A stretch of 64,000 nucleotides of DNA, the filler included, from Stramenopiles sp. TOSAG23-6 (Eukaryota), in the NCBI GenBank assembly GCA_900128565.1. It is 9 parts of 9 records of this genome, joined end to end, with 100 filler letters (N's around TTAATTAATTAA, not from the genome) between each part and the next. Parts side by side here need not be neighbours in the genome. Positions count along the whole stretch, not along the records: positions 43,116 to 50,181 come from LT636615.1; positions 50,282 to 57,340 come from LT636616.1; positions 57,441 to 64,000 come from LT636677.1; 6 more parts are not named here. The stretch is one strand, 5' to 3'. A model generated the notes under the pieces. It saw nothing but the letters and a program-made list of their open reading frames with translations. It was not told where the DNA came from and ran no database searches. This document shows, in pieces, positions 47,005-60,803 of this stretch. The first letter of the stretch is position 1. Every line of letters starts with the position of its first letter. The translations under genes were made by a program, and so were the position numbers.

Positions 47005-48105
47005 TTACTTTGAAAGATTCTTCGCATAGGGTACAAGAGCCACACGTAAAAACTTTGAAGATGTGTATTTCTTTCTGACGGCCTGCAAATTAGATTTCGT
47101 GTTTAAGATATGTTCCTTAATTTTATCTGCACAAGTTTGCAGTTCACTGGCTTTGTATCTGGAGTACCTTTCGAGTGTAGGTGTCCACGATTGAGTTTGA
47201 TTATTTGCTTTAAGCGCGAGATGTACGCAAGCAGCGGCAATTGTTGACGGAAGGAAACGAAGCATACCATATTCTTGCATCGTTCGCTCACAAAAGAAAT
47301 GAGCAAGTTTATCGGTAGTATTGTCACACTTTGCAGCCTTGATGAATCTTTTAAGGAAGCAGATTGGCGTTGGAACAGTCAACTCAAAGCCGAGAGTGTT
47401 CAAGACGAGACTTTCCATTTGTAATATTTGGTCGCGTTTATAAGCTCTGTCGGTGATGTATACAAAATCGCGCACTTCAGGAAAGTAGATTTCTTCATAC
47501 TTTGATGCAAGTAACATACACGTGACACCAACGAGTTGAAGACGTTGCCGAGCGACGACTTTTCGTTCGAGGAACCTATCGATAAGGTTGACAGTAAGAA
47601 AGAGCGTCTCGGGCATGAGTTTAAATTTGAGGTGAACTTCAACGAGCCAATCGACAAGAATAGCACGCATCTTTTCGTTGATATGCGGTTGATCTTTCAT
47701 ATACGTAGGAGAAGGACCATTGCGCGATTCAATTTTACGAAAGTAAGCAAAGATATCGTTGACATACTCCGTAACGGCTTGAGGGTTTGAACGATCTCCG
47801 GCGTCAATATCGTGAACATTAGTTCTGTGCTTGTTCAAATGAAGGTGCTTCACTTGCTCGTTAAAGTACGCATCGGACTCACCTGTTGGCTTCTTTACCA
47901 CGTCCACTTCAGGTTTTGTACGAAGGGAAGGTTTCTTTACCCCTGGTTTAACACCGGCTAAAGAAGCTGATTTGTCGGAACCAACCTTGTTCGTAATGTC
48001 ACGAAGACCTCCTCCACGGCGAGTGGAAACTCCAGCTTTTCCCATCATTACTTCGTTTGCATGAGAGCGAGTATTATGTTGGTAAACATCAGTTGAAGAG
48101 TACAT
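47005..48105 (-). CDS. Mitotic cyclin B, intronless
   Basis: Cyclin box MRAILVDWLVEVH...ETLFLTVNLIDRFL...LQLVGVTCMLLASKYEE, and a D-box-like LRDITN; ATG at 48105. Confidence 0.95.
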   Translation of the reverse strand: MYSSTDVYQHNTRSHANEVMMGKAGVSTRRGGGLRDITNKVGSDKSASLAGVKPGVKKPSLRTKPEVDVVKKPTGESDAYFNEQVKHLHLNKHRTNVHDIDAGDRSNPQAVTEYVNDIFAYFRKIESRNGPSPTYMKDQPHINEKMRAILVDWLVEVHLKFKLMPETLFLTVNLIDRFLERKVVARQRLQLVGVTCMLLASKYEEIYFPEVRDFVYITDRAYKRDQILQMESLVLNTLGFELTVPTPICFLKRFIKAAKCDNTTDKLAHFFCERTMQEYGMLRFLPSTIAAACVHLALKANNQTQSWTPTLERYSRYKASELQTCADKIKEHILNTKSNLQAVRKKYTSSKFLRVALVPYAKNLSK

Positions 48106-48521
48106 GATCAGATTAAATGAAGCTGGGGTAAGACGGAGAAAGACGAAGGAGAAGAAAGCGAACTCAACAGTTGTTTTTGTTTTGTGTGTTTGAAGTTTTG
48201 AGGAGTAGAAAAGGATACTGTTGTTGAGCGGCAAAATACATTTGAATTTTGAGGGATTTGTATACGAAATTTTCGTACCTAAAGCCAGACAAACCTGCTG
48301 CGCGCCAACGTGACGATCATATTTTTGAGATTCCCGCTTACTTTGATTTTCCAAAATTTTGAGGAGTCAGTGCTCCGATTTTATTTAGGTACAAAAATTT
48401 CGTATACATTTGACCACGAGTTCGACACACACAACATGATTTCTCTGCTTTGCGTCTTCTTCGCCAGTTGCCTCGTCAAAAGTCAACACAATCAAACTAT
48501 CCGCATTGATCATATTTTGCG

Positions 48522-49486
48522 ATGGTAGCTACCGATAGCACTGAAGGTGATTGGTCTACAATGACCAAATGTGGCCGAACACGCCAGATTACACCTGAGG
48601 GTTCTCCAAAACATAAATTGGAGTGCAAGTGGTCTTTTTGGTACGATGCAAAAAACGCGCAACGTGGGAAAGTTTCATGGCAACGCAACATGGAAAATTT
48701 AGGTTCATTTGATACTGTAGAAGACTTTTGGTGTCACTATGTACATATGCGCAAGCCAAGTACAATGCCAACTGATAGTAATTACTACTGCTTTCGTAAT
48801 GGGCTCTTTCCTGCGTGGGAAACCTTCCCAGGCGGTGGTTGTTGGATCCTCAAGGTAAAGAAAAGTCCAGGTGTTCTCAATACACTCTGGCAAAATCTTT
48901 TGTTTGCTCTAATTGGTATGTTTTATTTCAAATTATAACTAGTATTGAGTTTTGTTTTTCTCTTTGTACAGATTGTATCATGTTGTTTGTGTGGCGTTTT
49001 TTCTTTCATTACCTATGAATGAGGTAATTTCTTCTTTTCTTTGATTTCTTTGATTTCTTTGATTTCTTTGATTCATGAGTGATGTGAAATATTTGGACGA
49101 GACGGAAAAACCCGGTGGTCGCCAATCTCTAAGAAGTACTGACATGTTTGAATCATTCTTTTTTTTACTTTTGATTATTTTCTATAATCAACGTTCTTTA
49201 TTATTACTATTACTTTGATGAAATTATGTTGTGTACTAGAATGAATTCATCATACAATTATGAACCAATAGTCCAAAATTAATTATAAATATAGTTATAC
49301 TCACTTTATATGATGACAACCTTGATACATATTAAACACAATACAGGCGAGATATTTGAAGAACCAGCAGTTGTTGGTTGTATGCTTGCTGCTAGAGGTC
49401 GGTTCGATGTTATTTCAGTTTGGAATAATAATCCAATTGCAAATACGAGATTTGAAATTGGAGAAGTATTGAAAAGTGTCCTACAG
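48522..49486 (+). CDS. eIF4E-family cap-binding protein, 3'-partial. Canonical GT-AG intron 48916-49346; second intron from 49487
   Basis: HKLECKWSFWY, FDTVEDFW, PAWE...GGCW, spliced LIGEIF, and ISVWN. Confidence 0.93.
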
Positions 49487-50084
49487 GTATGTTCCATAGA
49501 TAGTCTACATTTTTTTTTACATTCAACATTCGAAATGTGTTTTTTTAGTTGTATTGTTGTATACCATACGGTAACAATGATGTTTCACAACATTTCGTGT
49601 TTTTTTTTTTCACTTTTTTGTTTTTTTAAATGGTAATGTCATGAACTCGTGAATGAGTCCCGAATTATCCTCAAATTCGGGACTCATTCACGAGACGACA
49701 GCATGCCTTACAATCGTACAACTTTCTTGGCGCAGTACTATTTCGTATTGCACATTGCGCTCTTGACAATACGTTGTATTCAATTCCTGTATATCACATC
49801 TTATCCACGATAATATTGATTACGGTAGAGTTTTTTATATTCGTTTTGAATTCGATTTGCGTCCAGACACCAAGATAAATTAAAAATTGGGAAAAACTAA
49901 ATTTTACTCTGAAGTTTTTTCAGACTTTTTAGTTTTTTCATTGAAATGTTCTTAAGACTATTTTCAAGTAATTTGCAAATTAAGTAAGCCGAATTACTAT
50001 GATGTTCATGTGACATTTGTTCATTGAAATTATTCGAGTCATGGCATTTCAATATTTCATGTTTTTCGTGTTTTTTTTTTTAAT

Positions 50085-50123
<39 letters not shown>

Positions 50124-50281
50124 TAAAAAAAAAAAAAAAAAAAAAAAATTTGAAACTAAAATTTTTTTTTTACGTTAAAAANNNNNNNNNNNNNNNNNNN
50201 NNNNNNNNNNNNNNNNNNNNNNNNNTTAATTAATTAANNNNNNNNNNNNNNNNNNNNNNNNNNNNNNNNNNNNNNNNNNNN

Positions 50282-53200
50282 CCTGTGCGAAGAACAACGG
50301 ATCCACTGCTACCTTCTGATGTTGTTCCACTTGTTAAACTCAAATCGCCACTAACTCCTGACTCACCTCCATTTGATGTTTTTATTGAAAAGTTACCAGA
50401 TGATGATGATGAGCCATATCCAGAAATAATCGATATTGCACCACCAGTAATATGCGTACTTTCACCTGCTTGTAGAATAATTCTCCCACCTTCAGATATA
50501 TTACCGCTACCGACGATAACACTAACAGAACCACCAGTTCCGAGTTTGGCAGTCCCAGATTGTAACATGAGCATACCAGAGCTTCCATTTGCCGCATCTC
50601 CAGATGCAATTGATATATTACCTGATACACCTGTCGTACCGGAAATTGATGTTTTAATACTGAAGGAACCACTAGATGCTGCGTCACCAAAACCAGTCAT
50701 CACCGATATTGATCCTCCTGTTTTACCAGAGGTATCATTCAATGATCCGGCTGAAATAGTAACACGTCCACCAGAGTCGATTGATCCGTTGCCCACCAAA
50801 ATACTAATACTGCCACTTGCGCCATCTACAGCACCACCCGACCTGAAAAGGATATCACCGCTGCTCCCTTTCTTGCCCCCCCCGGTTGAGATATTTATTG
50901 CACCTGAAGCCATACCCTTGATTGTGGTTATGCTAAAGGTTCCACTCGATGATGATCCACCATATCCACTTACCAAAGATATGTCTCCACCCGTTGAACT
51001 TTCTTCACCGACAGCTTGAGAGATTTTTCCTGCATGGATGGTGATACGACCGCCAGTGGTTGTATTACCCTTGCCAACACTTATACTCACACTTCCGGAT
51101 GACCCCTTAACAGCCACACCTGTTCTCACTATAACATTACCACTACTTCCTTTCACTGATTCACCAGTGAATAGGTGCATGGCACCGGATACACCATTGT
51201 TATATTGATCACCTTGCCCTCCGGAATTGGCTGTTAGTATATTGAAGCTTCCAGATGAGGACATTGAACCGAAACCACTTAAAATACTTATGGAACCACC
51301 AGTAACGGTTGTACTTTCCCCGGCATTGACGATAACACGACTACCAGCTTTAAAATTGCCTTTCGATGCGTGCATTTTTAATTTGCCTGCCACGCCAAGA
51401 TGGGCAGACCCAGAACGGAAAATGATTGCTCCACTCGAACCCTTTTCAGATTGTCCTGTAGAAAAAAATATTGATCCACTTACACCTCCATGTGGTGTAG
51501 GACCAGAATTTGCGGTCTTTAAAGTAAAGACCCCACTTGATGAAGATCGACTGTACCCACTTACCAAAGATACAGCACCACCAGTTGAGTTTACTGTTTC
51601 GGTGCTCATACCGGAAGAAATAATGATACGGGAACCCGTCGTTAAATTACCATTCCCCGATAGAATACTAATATTACCTCCTCGACCACTCTTTGTATTT
51701 CCAGTGTGAAGACTGATATGACCACTTTGGCCTAAAGATGTGTCTCCAGTGTTAAGTGTCAATACCCCAGATGTTCCAGCTGTACCTGCATTACGAGTAC
51801 GTATACTGAATGAACCTGATGATCTTTTTGAACTATATCCCGAAGTAATTGAAATTACGCCACCTTGAAAAGTTGTGCTTTCTCCAGAAGTTATAACAAG
51901 CCTACCACCACTTATTAATTTTCCATTTCCTACAATGACGCTAATACTACCACTGCTTCCTTGTGAGGAAGATCCTGTTCGAAGTGATATCATACCGCTA
52001 CTTCCTAAGGAAGCAGAACTTGAAGATATATTCAAAGAACCACTAATACCTTCTGTGCCAGAGTTGGGCGAGCGAATACTGAATGAACCACTAGAACTGA
52101 TATTTCCATATCCAGATATAATTGATATAGCACCGCCAGTAAATGATTCAAAAGAACTTCCTGATTCAATAGATACACGTCCTCCAGAATTTATATTACC
52201 ACGACTAACTACGATGCTGATACTCCCTGCAGTTCCTTTCGCGCCGATACCTGTTCGGATTAATAAGCTACCACTGGTACCATTAGATGCAGCACCTGAA
52301 CTGAGACTGAGAGACCCGCTTTGACCATCCCCATTGGGTGTGAGGATACTGAAACTTCCACTTGATTTTGAAGAACCATAACCCGAGATTATTGAAATAG
52401 AACCCCCTGTGGCGTTAGTAGTTTCCCCAGCGCTGATCATAATACGACCACCATCAGTTGTGGTACCAGAACCAACTAGGATACTAATACTACCACAGGT
52501 TCCTCCAGTTGTAGAACCAGTACGAAAAGTGATATCTCCGCTATTTGCTAAAGACGATGTACCAGAATTAATACTGATAGATCCTGTAGTACCATTATTA
52601 CCACTTCTCGCCGTAAGAATACTGAATGATCCACTGGATGAAATTTTTCCATACCCACTTATCATAGAGATTGCGCCACCTGCTGATAATGTGCTTTCAC
52701 CCGCACTCATTACTATTCGACCACCTGTTACAATTTTACCACTACCTATGTTAATACTAATGCTTCCTGACACACCTGCTTTTGCATGCCCAGTTCGAAG
52801 TAAAGCATGACCAGAGAGTCCATTGTTAGAGTCTCCTGATATTACCGATAAACTGCCAGATTGTAATGCATCACCAGTGCGAATACTAAAAGACCCACTC
52901 GAACTGATAGAACTATATCCACTAATCATAGATACGCTACCACCTCTTTTATCGGTGGAAGAACCAGCTGACACAGAAATTCTTCCTCCAGTGGATATAC
53001 TTGCGTTCTGGACAGTAATACTGACGGATCCCGCAGTTCCACTTTCTGCACTTCGGCTGATGAAGACGACTGTTCCGCTGTTACCACCACCTGTATTACC
53101 CGATGTGATATTCAAGGATCCCGAAATACCATTAGTGTTGCGACCGGTATTGGTGGAAATACTAAATGAGCCACTAGATGTTGTAGTACTATATCCTGTG

Positions 53201-56200
53201 ATAATAGAAATATCCCCACCGTGATCGTTCGTGCTCCCCCCGGAACTGAAAATAATACGACCACCAGTGTTAGAGGAACCACTACCAACCTGAATACTAA
53301 CACTTCCAGCTTGTCCAAGTGTTGCTGAGCCGGTTCTAAGATTTATCATTCCACTATTCCCAGCATTTGTTGTCCCAGATACAAAACCAAGTGACCCAGA
53401 TGTTCCTTCTAATCCTGATTTTGAAGTTTTTAAGCTAAACGAACCACTAGATGATCTGCTTCCATATCCTGAATGGATAGATACGGCACCACCAGTCATA
53501 CTTGGTGCCCCACCTGCTCTAATTATAAATCTGCCACCATTTGCATTTGTACCACTACCAACTAGAATACTCATAGAGCCTGCGGTGCCACTATTGGCAG
53601 ATCCTGTACGAAGAGTTACTTCACCGCTCCCACCGTGAGAAGTAGTTCCTGTAGAAAATGACATTGATCCCGAAAGACCTGTACTTCCCGAATTAGATGT
53701 TCGAATACTAAATGAGCCACTTGAACTACTAGACCCATAACCTGATATCAAGGATATACTTCCCCCAGTAACTGATGTGCTTTCACCAGCGTGTATCGAT
53801 ACGCGACCACCCCCCGTTGTTGTACCACTACCAACGATAATGCTGATACTTCCACTTGGCCCATGAATAGCAGATCCAGAGCGTAAGATCAATGTACCAG
53901 AACTTCCGTGGCTGCTTGAACCTGTTATTATTGCGATGGAACCGCTAGTTCCTCCACTTTCAGAATTCCCTCCAGCATTGAAAGATTTGATACTGAAGGA
54001 ACCACTGGATGATGCATGACCGTAGCCAGATATAATGGAAATATCACCTCCTGTAGAATTGGCACTTTCACCCGAAGTTTGTATAATACGACCACCAGTT
54101 CCGAGATTACCGACGCCAACAAGCATACTTATGCTCCCAGAAGTTCCAAGAGTAGCTACCCCAGTCTTCAGGGTTAGCATACCACTACTTCCGCGTGTAG
54201 CTTCTCCCGTTTTAAACGATATAGCACCAGTAGCATAATCCTTATTTGTTTCAATACTAAATGAACCACTTGAAGTGTTTTTCCCATAACCTGAAGTTAC
54301 AGATATGCTACCACCAGTCATGTTTGTACTTCTACCAGCTTTAAGCACAATACGTCCACCAGAAGTATAACTACCTCGACCCATAACTACACTAACACTT
54401 CCACCCGTGCCACCAGCGTCAAACCCAACAAGTTTCGATTTCATTGTTATGCTACCACTGCTTCCATATGTGGACTTACCCGACGAAATATTTAGCCCTC
54501 CACTGCTTCCCGTGGTACCAGCTCGTGTTGTTGAAATACTGAATGATCCACTAGAACTAGCTCTACCGTAACCAGAAACCATCGATAGTGATCCTCCTGT
54601 TGCCTGTGTGATTTGGCCAGAACTTAACACAATCCGACCGCCATGTGATTTTGTTCCACTTCCAACTATAAAACTAATACTACCACCCACACCAGATTTT
54701 GCAGATCCTGTGCGTATTGTGAGCATCCCACTGTTTCCAGCTGATGAAGTACCTGTTACAAGAGATAGTGAACCGCTTGATCCATCGACCCCAGAATTTG
54801 CGGTGATAACACTGAAAGTGCCGCTAGAAGATATTCTACTGTATCCACTAATCATTGAAGTCGAACCCCCTGTTGAATTTGTGCTCTCACCGGCATTCAT
54901 CATAAGCATTGCACCTGGAGGTTCATCGCCCGAACCAACAACAATACTGATACTTCCACCAGTACCCGATGTGGCAGATCCAGAACGAATGATAATATCC
55001 CCAGTGTTACCATTTGAACTTGCCCCCGAAGTCAATTGGAGGGAACCCGATACTCCCCCATACCCAGAATTTGTTGTGCGGATGCTAAATATTCCACTAG
55101 ATGCAAATCTTCCATATCCGCTAATCATTGAGAATGAACCACCGGTTGATGATGTTGTTTCTCCTCCATTAACAGTAAACTGTCCTCCTCTGTCTTTATC
55201 ACCTGTACCCACAACTATACTAATACTACCAGCAATTCCTGCAGTCGCACTTCCTGTTCGAACTATAATAGACCCACTGTTTCCTTCCGAAGTTGTTCCC
55301 GATGTAAATGATAATGATCCGCTGATACCGCTAATACCAGCATTAGAAGTATGCAGTGAAAAACTCCCCGAAGACTTATTCGAACCATAACCTGAAATGA
55401 GCGACACAGAGCCTCCATTAAAACCTTCACCTCCGCGAATTACAATTCGCCCACCGACCCCATTTGTTCCACTACCAACAATTACACTAACACTGCCACT
55501 TGTTCCTAGTGTTGCAGAACCAGTGCGGAATATCATATTTCCACTACTTCCACCACTTGCTGACCCTGTAGCAATAGATATATCACCCGAAACACCATTC
55601 AAGCCAGAACGGGAAGTGCGGACACTGAAAGAGCCACTTGAACTCAAAGATCCATATCCTGAAATTAAAGAAATGGCGCCTCCATTTAGCGATGTACTTT
55701 CACCAGCACTTATAATAATGCGCCCACCAACTGATTCATTGCCGCTACCAACTACAATACTCAAACTTCCACTTGTTCCTAATGTTGACGAACCTGTACG
55801 TAGCCTGATTATACCAGAGCTGCCACCTGTTATAACTTTGCCAGATGCCAAAGATATTGTCCCAGATATACCGTCTATTCCTGTATCAGAAGTTCGGAGA
55901 CTAAATGAACCGCTTGACGATACATTTCCATAACCAGACATTAATGAAATTGAACCACCTGTAGAAGTATTGCTTTTTCCAGCTGATATAACAACACGAC
56001 CACCATATAAAACATTACCACTTCCGATGATCACACTCATGTTTCCACCAGTACCCGATGTGCTACTTCCTGTCCGGAGTATCACGGAGCCGCTAAAGCC
56101 AGCAGAAGAATTTCCGGAAGTGATATTTAATTTTCCATTTGCTCCGTGAGAACCCGCATTTGATGTTTTAATAGAAAATGATCCACTTGAAGATGTAGAG

Positions 56201-57340
56201 CCATACCCTGAGATGAGAGAAAAGGATCCACCAGAAGTAGATGTACTTTCCCCGGCGCTGATTACGATCCGTCCCCCGGAAGATGAAATCCCACTCCCAA
56301 CAATTACACTTATAGACCCGCTAGCTCCAAGTGTAGCTGAATTAGAGCTGAGCGAGATTGTACCACTTTTACCACTACTAGATGAACCAGACGTCAATGC
56401 AATGGCGCCTGAAATACCCGCATCACCTGAGTTATTTGTCATGATACTGAACGAGCCACTAGATGTTTCCCTTCCGTGTCCCGAGATGATTGAGAAGTTT
56501 CCACCACTTACTGTTGTGCTTTCTCCTGCGCCCATACTTATACGACCTCCAACAGAAAAGCTACCTTTACCAATAATTACACTAATAGATCCTCCAGTCC
56601 CACTTATCGCAGATCCAGAACGAATAGTAACATAACCACTACTTCCTTTTGTAGCTGAACCCGATATTAAAGAAATCTCACCTGATACTCCTGAATTTCC
56701 GGCAAAAGGTGTACGTATGCTGAAGGAACCACTTGATTTTGTGCTTCCATATCCGGTTATAATGGATAAGCCACCACCTGTGACATCTGTACTTTCACCA
56801 GACGTCATTACAATTCTTCCTCCTGCATTATAATCGCCACTTCCAACAGAAACATTAATATTTCCACCAGATCCATTTACTCCAGAACCCGATGCAAACG
56901 TGAGCATACCACTACTACCGATCTTCGCAAAGCCTGTTCCTAAAGTCATAGAACCAGAAGCCCCATTTGTCCCTGATGCTAACGTTTTTAGAAAGAATTC
57001 CCCGCTAGTTTCATTTGCACTAAAGCCAGAAATCAAATGTATTGCCCCGCCTGTTCCATCTAACATTGTACCTGGAACGACTTTGGCAGCTCCACCAATT
57101 GATTTTTTTACGTCACCTTTACCGACAAGAAGACTTATACTGCCACTCGTGCCAAGCCTTGCTGTGCCAGTGGAGATTATCAACCCCCCACTATTACCCT
57201 TAGATGTTGTACCTGTTTTGAATGATAAAGAACCAGACACACCGTTATGCCCTGCATCCGATGTCTTAATAATGAATACACCACCAGATGTTATTTTGCC
57301 ATACCCACTTATGATTGACATTGTCCCTCCTCTCGAATTT
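50282..57340 (-). CDS. Giant Gly/Ser/Thr-rich repeat protein (>2350 aa, both ends missing), probable beta-solenoid/fibre
   Basis: One open frame spans the whole contig. ~15-aa GG/SG-x-hydrophobic-x-hydrophobic-xxG units form a ~92-aa six-unit super-repeat (~25 copies). Confidence 0.85.
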
Positions 57341-57525
57341 NNNNNNNNNNNNNNNNNNNNNNNNNNNNNNNNNNNNNNNNNNNNTTAATTAATTAANNNN
57401 NNNNNNNNNNNNNNNNNNNNNNNNNNNNNNNNNNNNNNNNTATTTCAAAAAAAAAACTAAAATTTGTTAGGTACAAAATTTCGTATGAAAAAAAAACTTA
57501 AATTAGAAATTCTTATAAAATGTAC

Positions 57526-58831
57526 ATTCTATTTGAAAACTTTTATGAAGTTTTTCTTCTAACTCATTCTGTTGGTCGTCTCTTGCATTAAATAAAAACA
57601 CACGTCGATAAAATGACAACACTGAATTGTAGTGAGCTGCGATGTGTATATTTGGTAACTGTATACTAAGACGTTTCTTTGTGGCTTGGAGGAAATTATC
57701 AATGATGGCGTAATCCCTGGTTAATTCTTCACGCTTATGCTTATCAAAGAGCCTAGCTGATTGTGTTATTTGCCGTCCACTACCACGACCTCGACCACGA
57801 AATCGATTTGATCTGCCTTGAACTGCACGCGTTAGTCCATCACCTGTTCTAAATGCACGGCGAGTAAAAGAACTTGCAGTTTCCAACGCACATTTTGCTT
57901 GTTTCAATGATTCTTCACAGACGGACCAATTACCGAGTAGCGCAGCAGAGCGAGCAAGTGCAATATAGAGAGCACCATTATACATCGTATCTTCTCTAGT
58001 ATCAAGTGTGTCACGCAATTGATATACTAGTCCTTTTGCTTCACGCAGTTTAAGTCCCTGGCATAAAAGTGTTATACACGACTCATAAGAAGTTGCATCA
58101 GGAGTAATATCCCAAAGACTCAACATTTGGGCAATAAGCCACTCAGCTTCCTCCACGCAACCTTCCCGAATACAACCACGTAAATATGTATTGCACGTAC
58201 GTACATTTGGAATTATAGGGGGAGAATCTGTAATCATTTTACGCATGGCTGCTCCAGCACTGTCCATCATACGAGAACTGCAAAACCCTTTAATTAATGC
58301 CGTGTATGTTACCACATTTGGTTTTACTCCTGCTAACCACATAGAATCCATGATTTTTTCAGCTTCTACAATCTGATCACAACGTACAAATGCATTAATC
58401 ATGCTTGTGTATGTATGCACATCAGCAATACCGCGTTTTACACCTTTTTGAAACGCCTCAAGGGCTTTGTTGAGCTGCTTACTCTGTGCATGCTGGGCAA
58501 CTTGTTGGTTCAAAAATCGAGTTTGTTTTTTATCCCCTTTCTTATTAATCCGCGTTTTTTTTTTCTTTCTTGGTACATCACATACGCCATTGTTTTTGGA
58601 ATTATTGGAATCCTTCTTTGAAATATTTTTTCCGTCATCTTTTAGTTGGCTTCTTCTACGTTTTGTTGAAGCACTACTGTTGACTCCTAACTGTGCATCG
58701 ATTGCTGCTATTGCATTTTTGAGTCTTATGTATACATCTGCTGAACTATCCTGTAGCGAGTGCATCTTTCTTTGAAGTAACCTCCGTAAAGCAACCTTAG
58801 ATTGTCGTTGTTCTTCGTTCAAAGGTGCCAT
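57526..58831 (-). CDS. Pentatricopeptide-repeat protein, exon 1 (3'-partial)
   Basis: DVHTYTSMINAFVR, PNVVTYTALIKGFC, PNVRTCNTYLRGC and PDATSYE; a motif intron starts at 57525. Confidence 0.9.
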
Positions 58832-59204
58832 TGCGGTGGATAAAATAGGAGGTTCTGTTTATAGCAACTCTACTGCTACTAATAGGGGCTCGTAAAAATG
58901 TTCACTGACTTGATCTTCAATTTTGATGCTACTAGCCTAGCTAGGGTTAGGGTTAGCGCTTCGGGTCAAAATTTAATAAAATCGTAAAAAAAAAGAATGA
59001 AAATCTTGATGGCGATGGATGATGGATGGATGGCCATTGATTGGCCAATACTAAATCTTAGGACTAAATCAGCCGATTCGAACGATCCAGGTAATATTAT
59101 TTACCAACAATGCTATTTAACTGTAATGTTAACTTTGATTACTAAACAGCGGATTGTCGACGTTTAATTGAAATTGAATATACTTGGATAGAATTATACT
59201 TCGT

Positions 59205-60686
59205 ATGTCAAAATTAGAACTTTATGATGGTGAATATCCAGATAACTGCATATTTTGTGGAGATGGTGGTGACTTAATCTGTTGTAGTTATTGTAGCGGA
59301 ACGTGGCACGTTGCGTGTGTTCAACAGTTATTCTCACAACCTAAAGGTGATTGGCAGTGTCCCCGACATAGTAAATTAGTATCCCATACAGCGAATGAAA
59401 AGAATTTTCTAAAGACTTCTCCAGTATTCATCAAATTGTGTACATTACTGTCAAAATTTTCATGTCTTTTTAAGATCGAAAACTTCACCTTTTCTGCACT
59501 AGAAAACTCATTTTTGGAAACAAGTGACTCATTTCTTGCATCGATACACGTTTCAGTACTAAGAATGTTTGATGGTACAACCAGAAAAGCAAATGAATTA
59601 AATTGGAGAAGAATTTTACTTCGTTTTTGTCGAAAGCGCAGTGGAGACATTTGCTTTGGAAACGCTGAAAGTGTCTCAGAAAAAAACTTCCTTCATTTGA
59701 CTGGAAACGCAGAGTTACCACCCAAGTATTATTCGATAGATTCAATATCCTCATCTTTTCCTCCATATGATAATCTCCCTGTATTAATGCGTATGGCATT
59801 GTTTCTTGCCATATGTGAGTGGTCTTTATCAGAGTGCACTAAAACACACCAAATTATAAGTAAGAATTGGATTCCGGAAGATTTAAGACAAGATTGTTGT
59901 GGAAAAGATTCTAGTGGGAGTACATATTGGATAATATCAGATACCCAACTTAATCTTAGATTTTATAAAGAAACCACAAATTGTATGAACATAGTAGATG
60001 CTGAAAAAGAAAAAATAAAAGAAACCACAAATTGTATAAAAATAATAGATGCTGAAAAAGAAAAAATAAAAGAAACCACAAATTGTATGAACATAGTAGA
60101 TGCTGAAAAAGAAAAAATGATAGAAAAACTAGAAATAGAACACAAGTGTGTGATAATAGGTGAAACAATTGAAGATGTGCTGGCATTCTCAAATCGCATA
60201 GTCGAAAACAATTACAATGAAGAGATGAAGTTGTGTAATAGAAAACTTTTAACAATTGAAAAGCATAATCATCTGAATCCTCCACGAAATGTCAATAAAG
60301 ACGATTCTTTTTCGAGCAAAAGATTGAAAAGGAATCTTTTAAATATATGGATACCTCAGTTAATTACAAAAAGGCAGAAAGCTACGTCTACACTACGTCG
60401 GTTAGAATCACAGAGGAGGCGTTTGGAAATTCCAGGAAAATCGTTAGGTACATTAGGATCCCGTAGACGTGGGAGAAAAGTTATCAATTATTCAGATGAT
60501 ACGTTTGATCGTACAATAGCGGAGGCTTGTGAAAATAATGAATATGACGCAGAGCGGGCTGCAGAACTCAGACAAAAGGAATATGCTAGAAACGAAAAAC
60601 AACGCATAGTCAGAGAAGAGATGAGGACGAGAAAGTTGCAGTCGTTGAAAACTAGAGAAATTTTAGGTCTTCGAAGTAGAACATAA
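59205..60686 (+). CDS. PHD finger plus DDT/WHIM-like chromatin protein
   Basis: [24 protein letters not shown]...WQCPRH (PHD); [20 protein letters not shown] (WHIM/WSD-like). Confidence 0.8.
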   Translation: MSKLELYDGEYPDNCIFCGDGGDLICCSYCSGTWHVACVQQLFSQPKGDWQCPRHSKLVSHTANEKNFLKTSPVFIKLCTLLSKFSCLFKIENFTFSALENSFLETSDSFLASIHVSVLRMFDGTTRKANELNWRRILLRFCRKRSGDICFGNAESVSEKNFLHLTGNAELPPKYYSIDSISSSFPPYDNLPVLMRMALFLAICEWSLSECTKTHQIISKNWIPEDLRQDCCGKDSSGSTYWIISDTQLNLRFYKETTNCMNIVDAEKEKIKETTNCIKIIDAEKEKIKETTNCMNIVDAEKEKMIEKLEIEHKCVIIGETIEDVLAFSNRIVENNYNEEMKLCNRKLLTIEKHNHLNPPRNVNKDDSFSSKRLKRNLLNIWIPQLITKRQKATSTLRRLESQRRRLEIPGKSLGTLGSRRRGRKVINYSDDTFDRTIAEACENNEYDAERAAELRQKEYARNEKQRIVREEMRTRKLQSLKTREILGLRSRT

Positions 60687-60803
60687 GCATATTATGTGCA
60701 TAAGTATTGTTAATTTCTTACGTAATATATATCTATGAAAATTGTCGTTTTCTTTTATTTCCATTTTGGTAAAAAAAGCACCATTTTGTTTCAACTAAAT
60801 ATT

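Noticed and set aside
50285-57388. Many long + strand ORFs opposite the Gly/Ser protein, also antisense ORFs at 25144-26971
   Set aside because: These are shadow ORFs produced by repetitive, biased codons on the coding strand.
7104-57440. Regularly spaced TTAATTAATTAA motifs and apparent gene neighbourhoods across them
   Set aside because: These are artificial concatenation linkers between contigs of similar length, so no synteny can be inferred across them.
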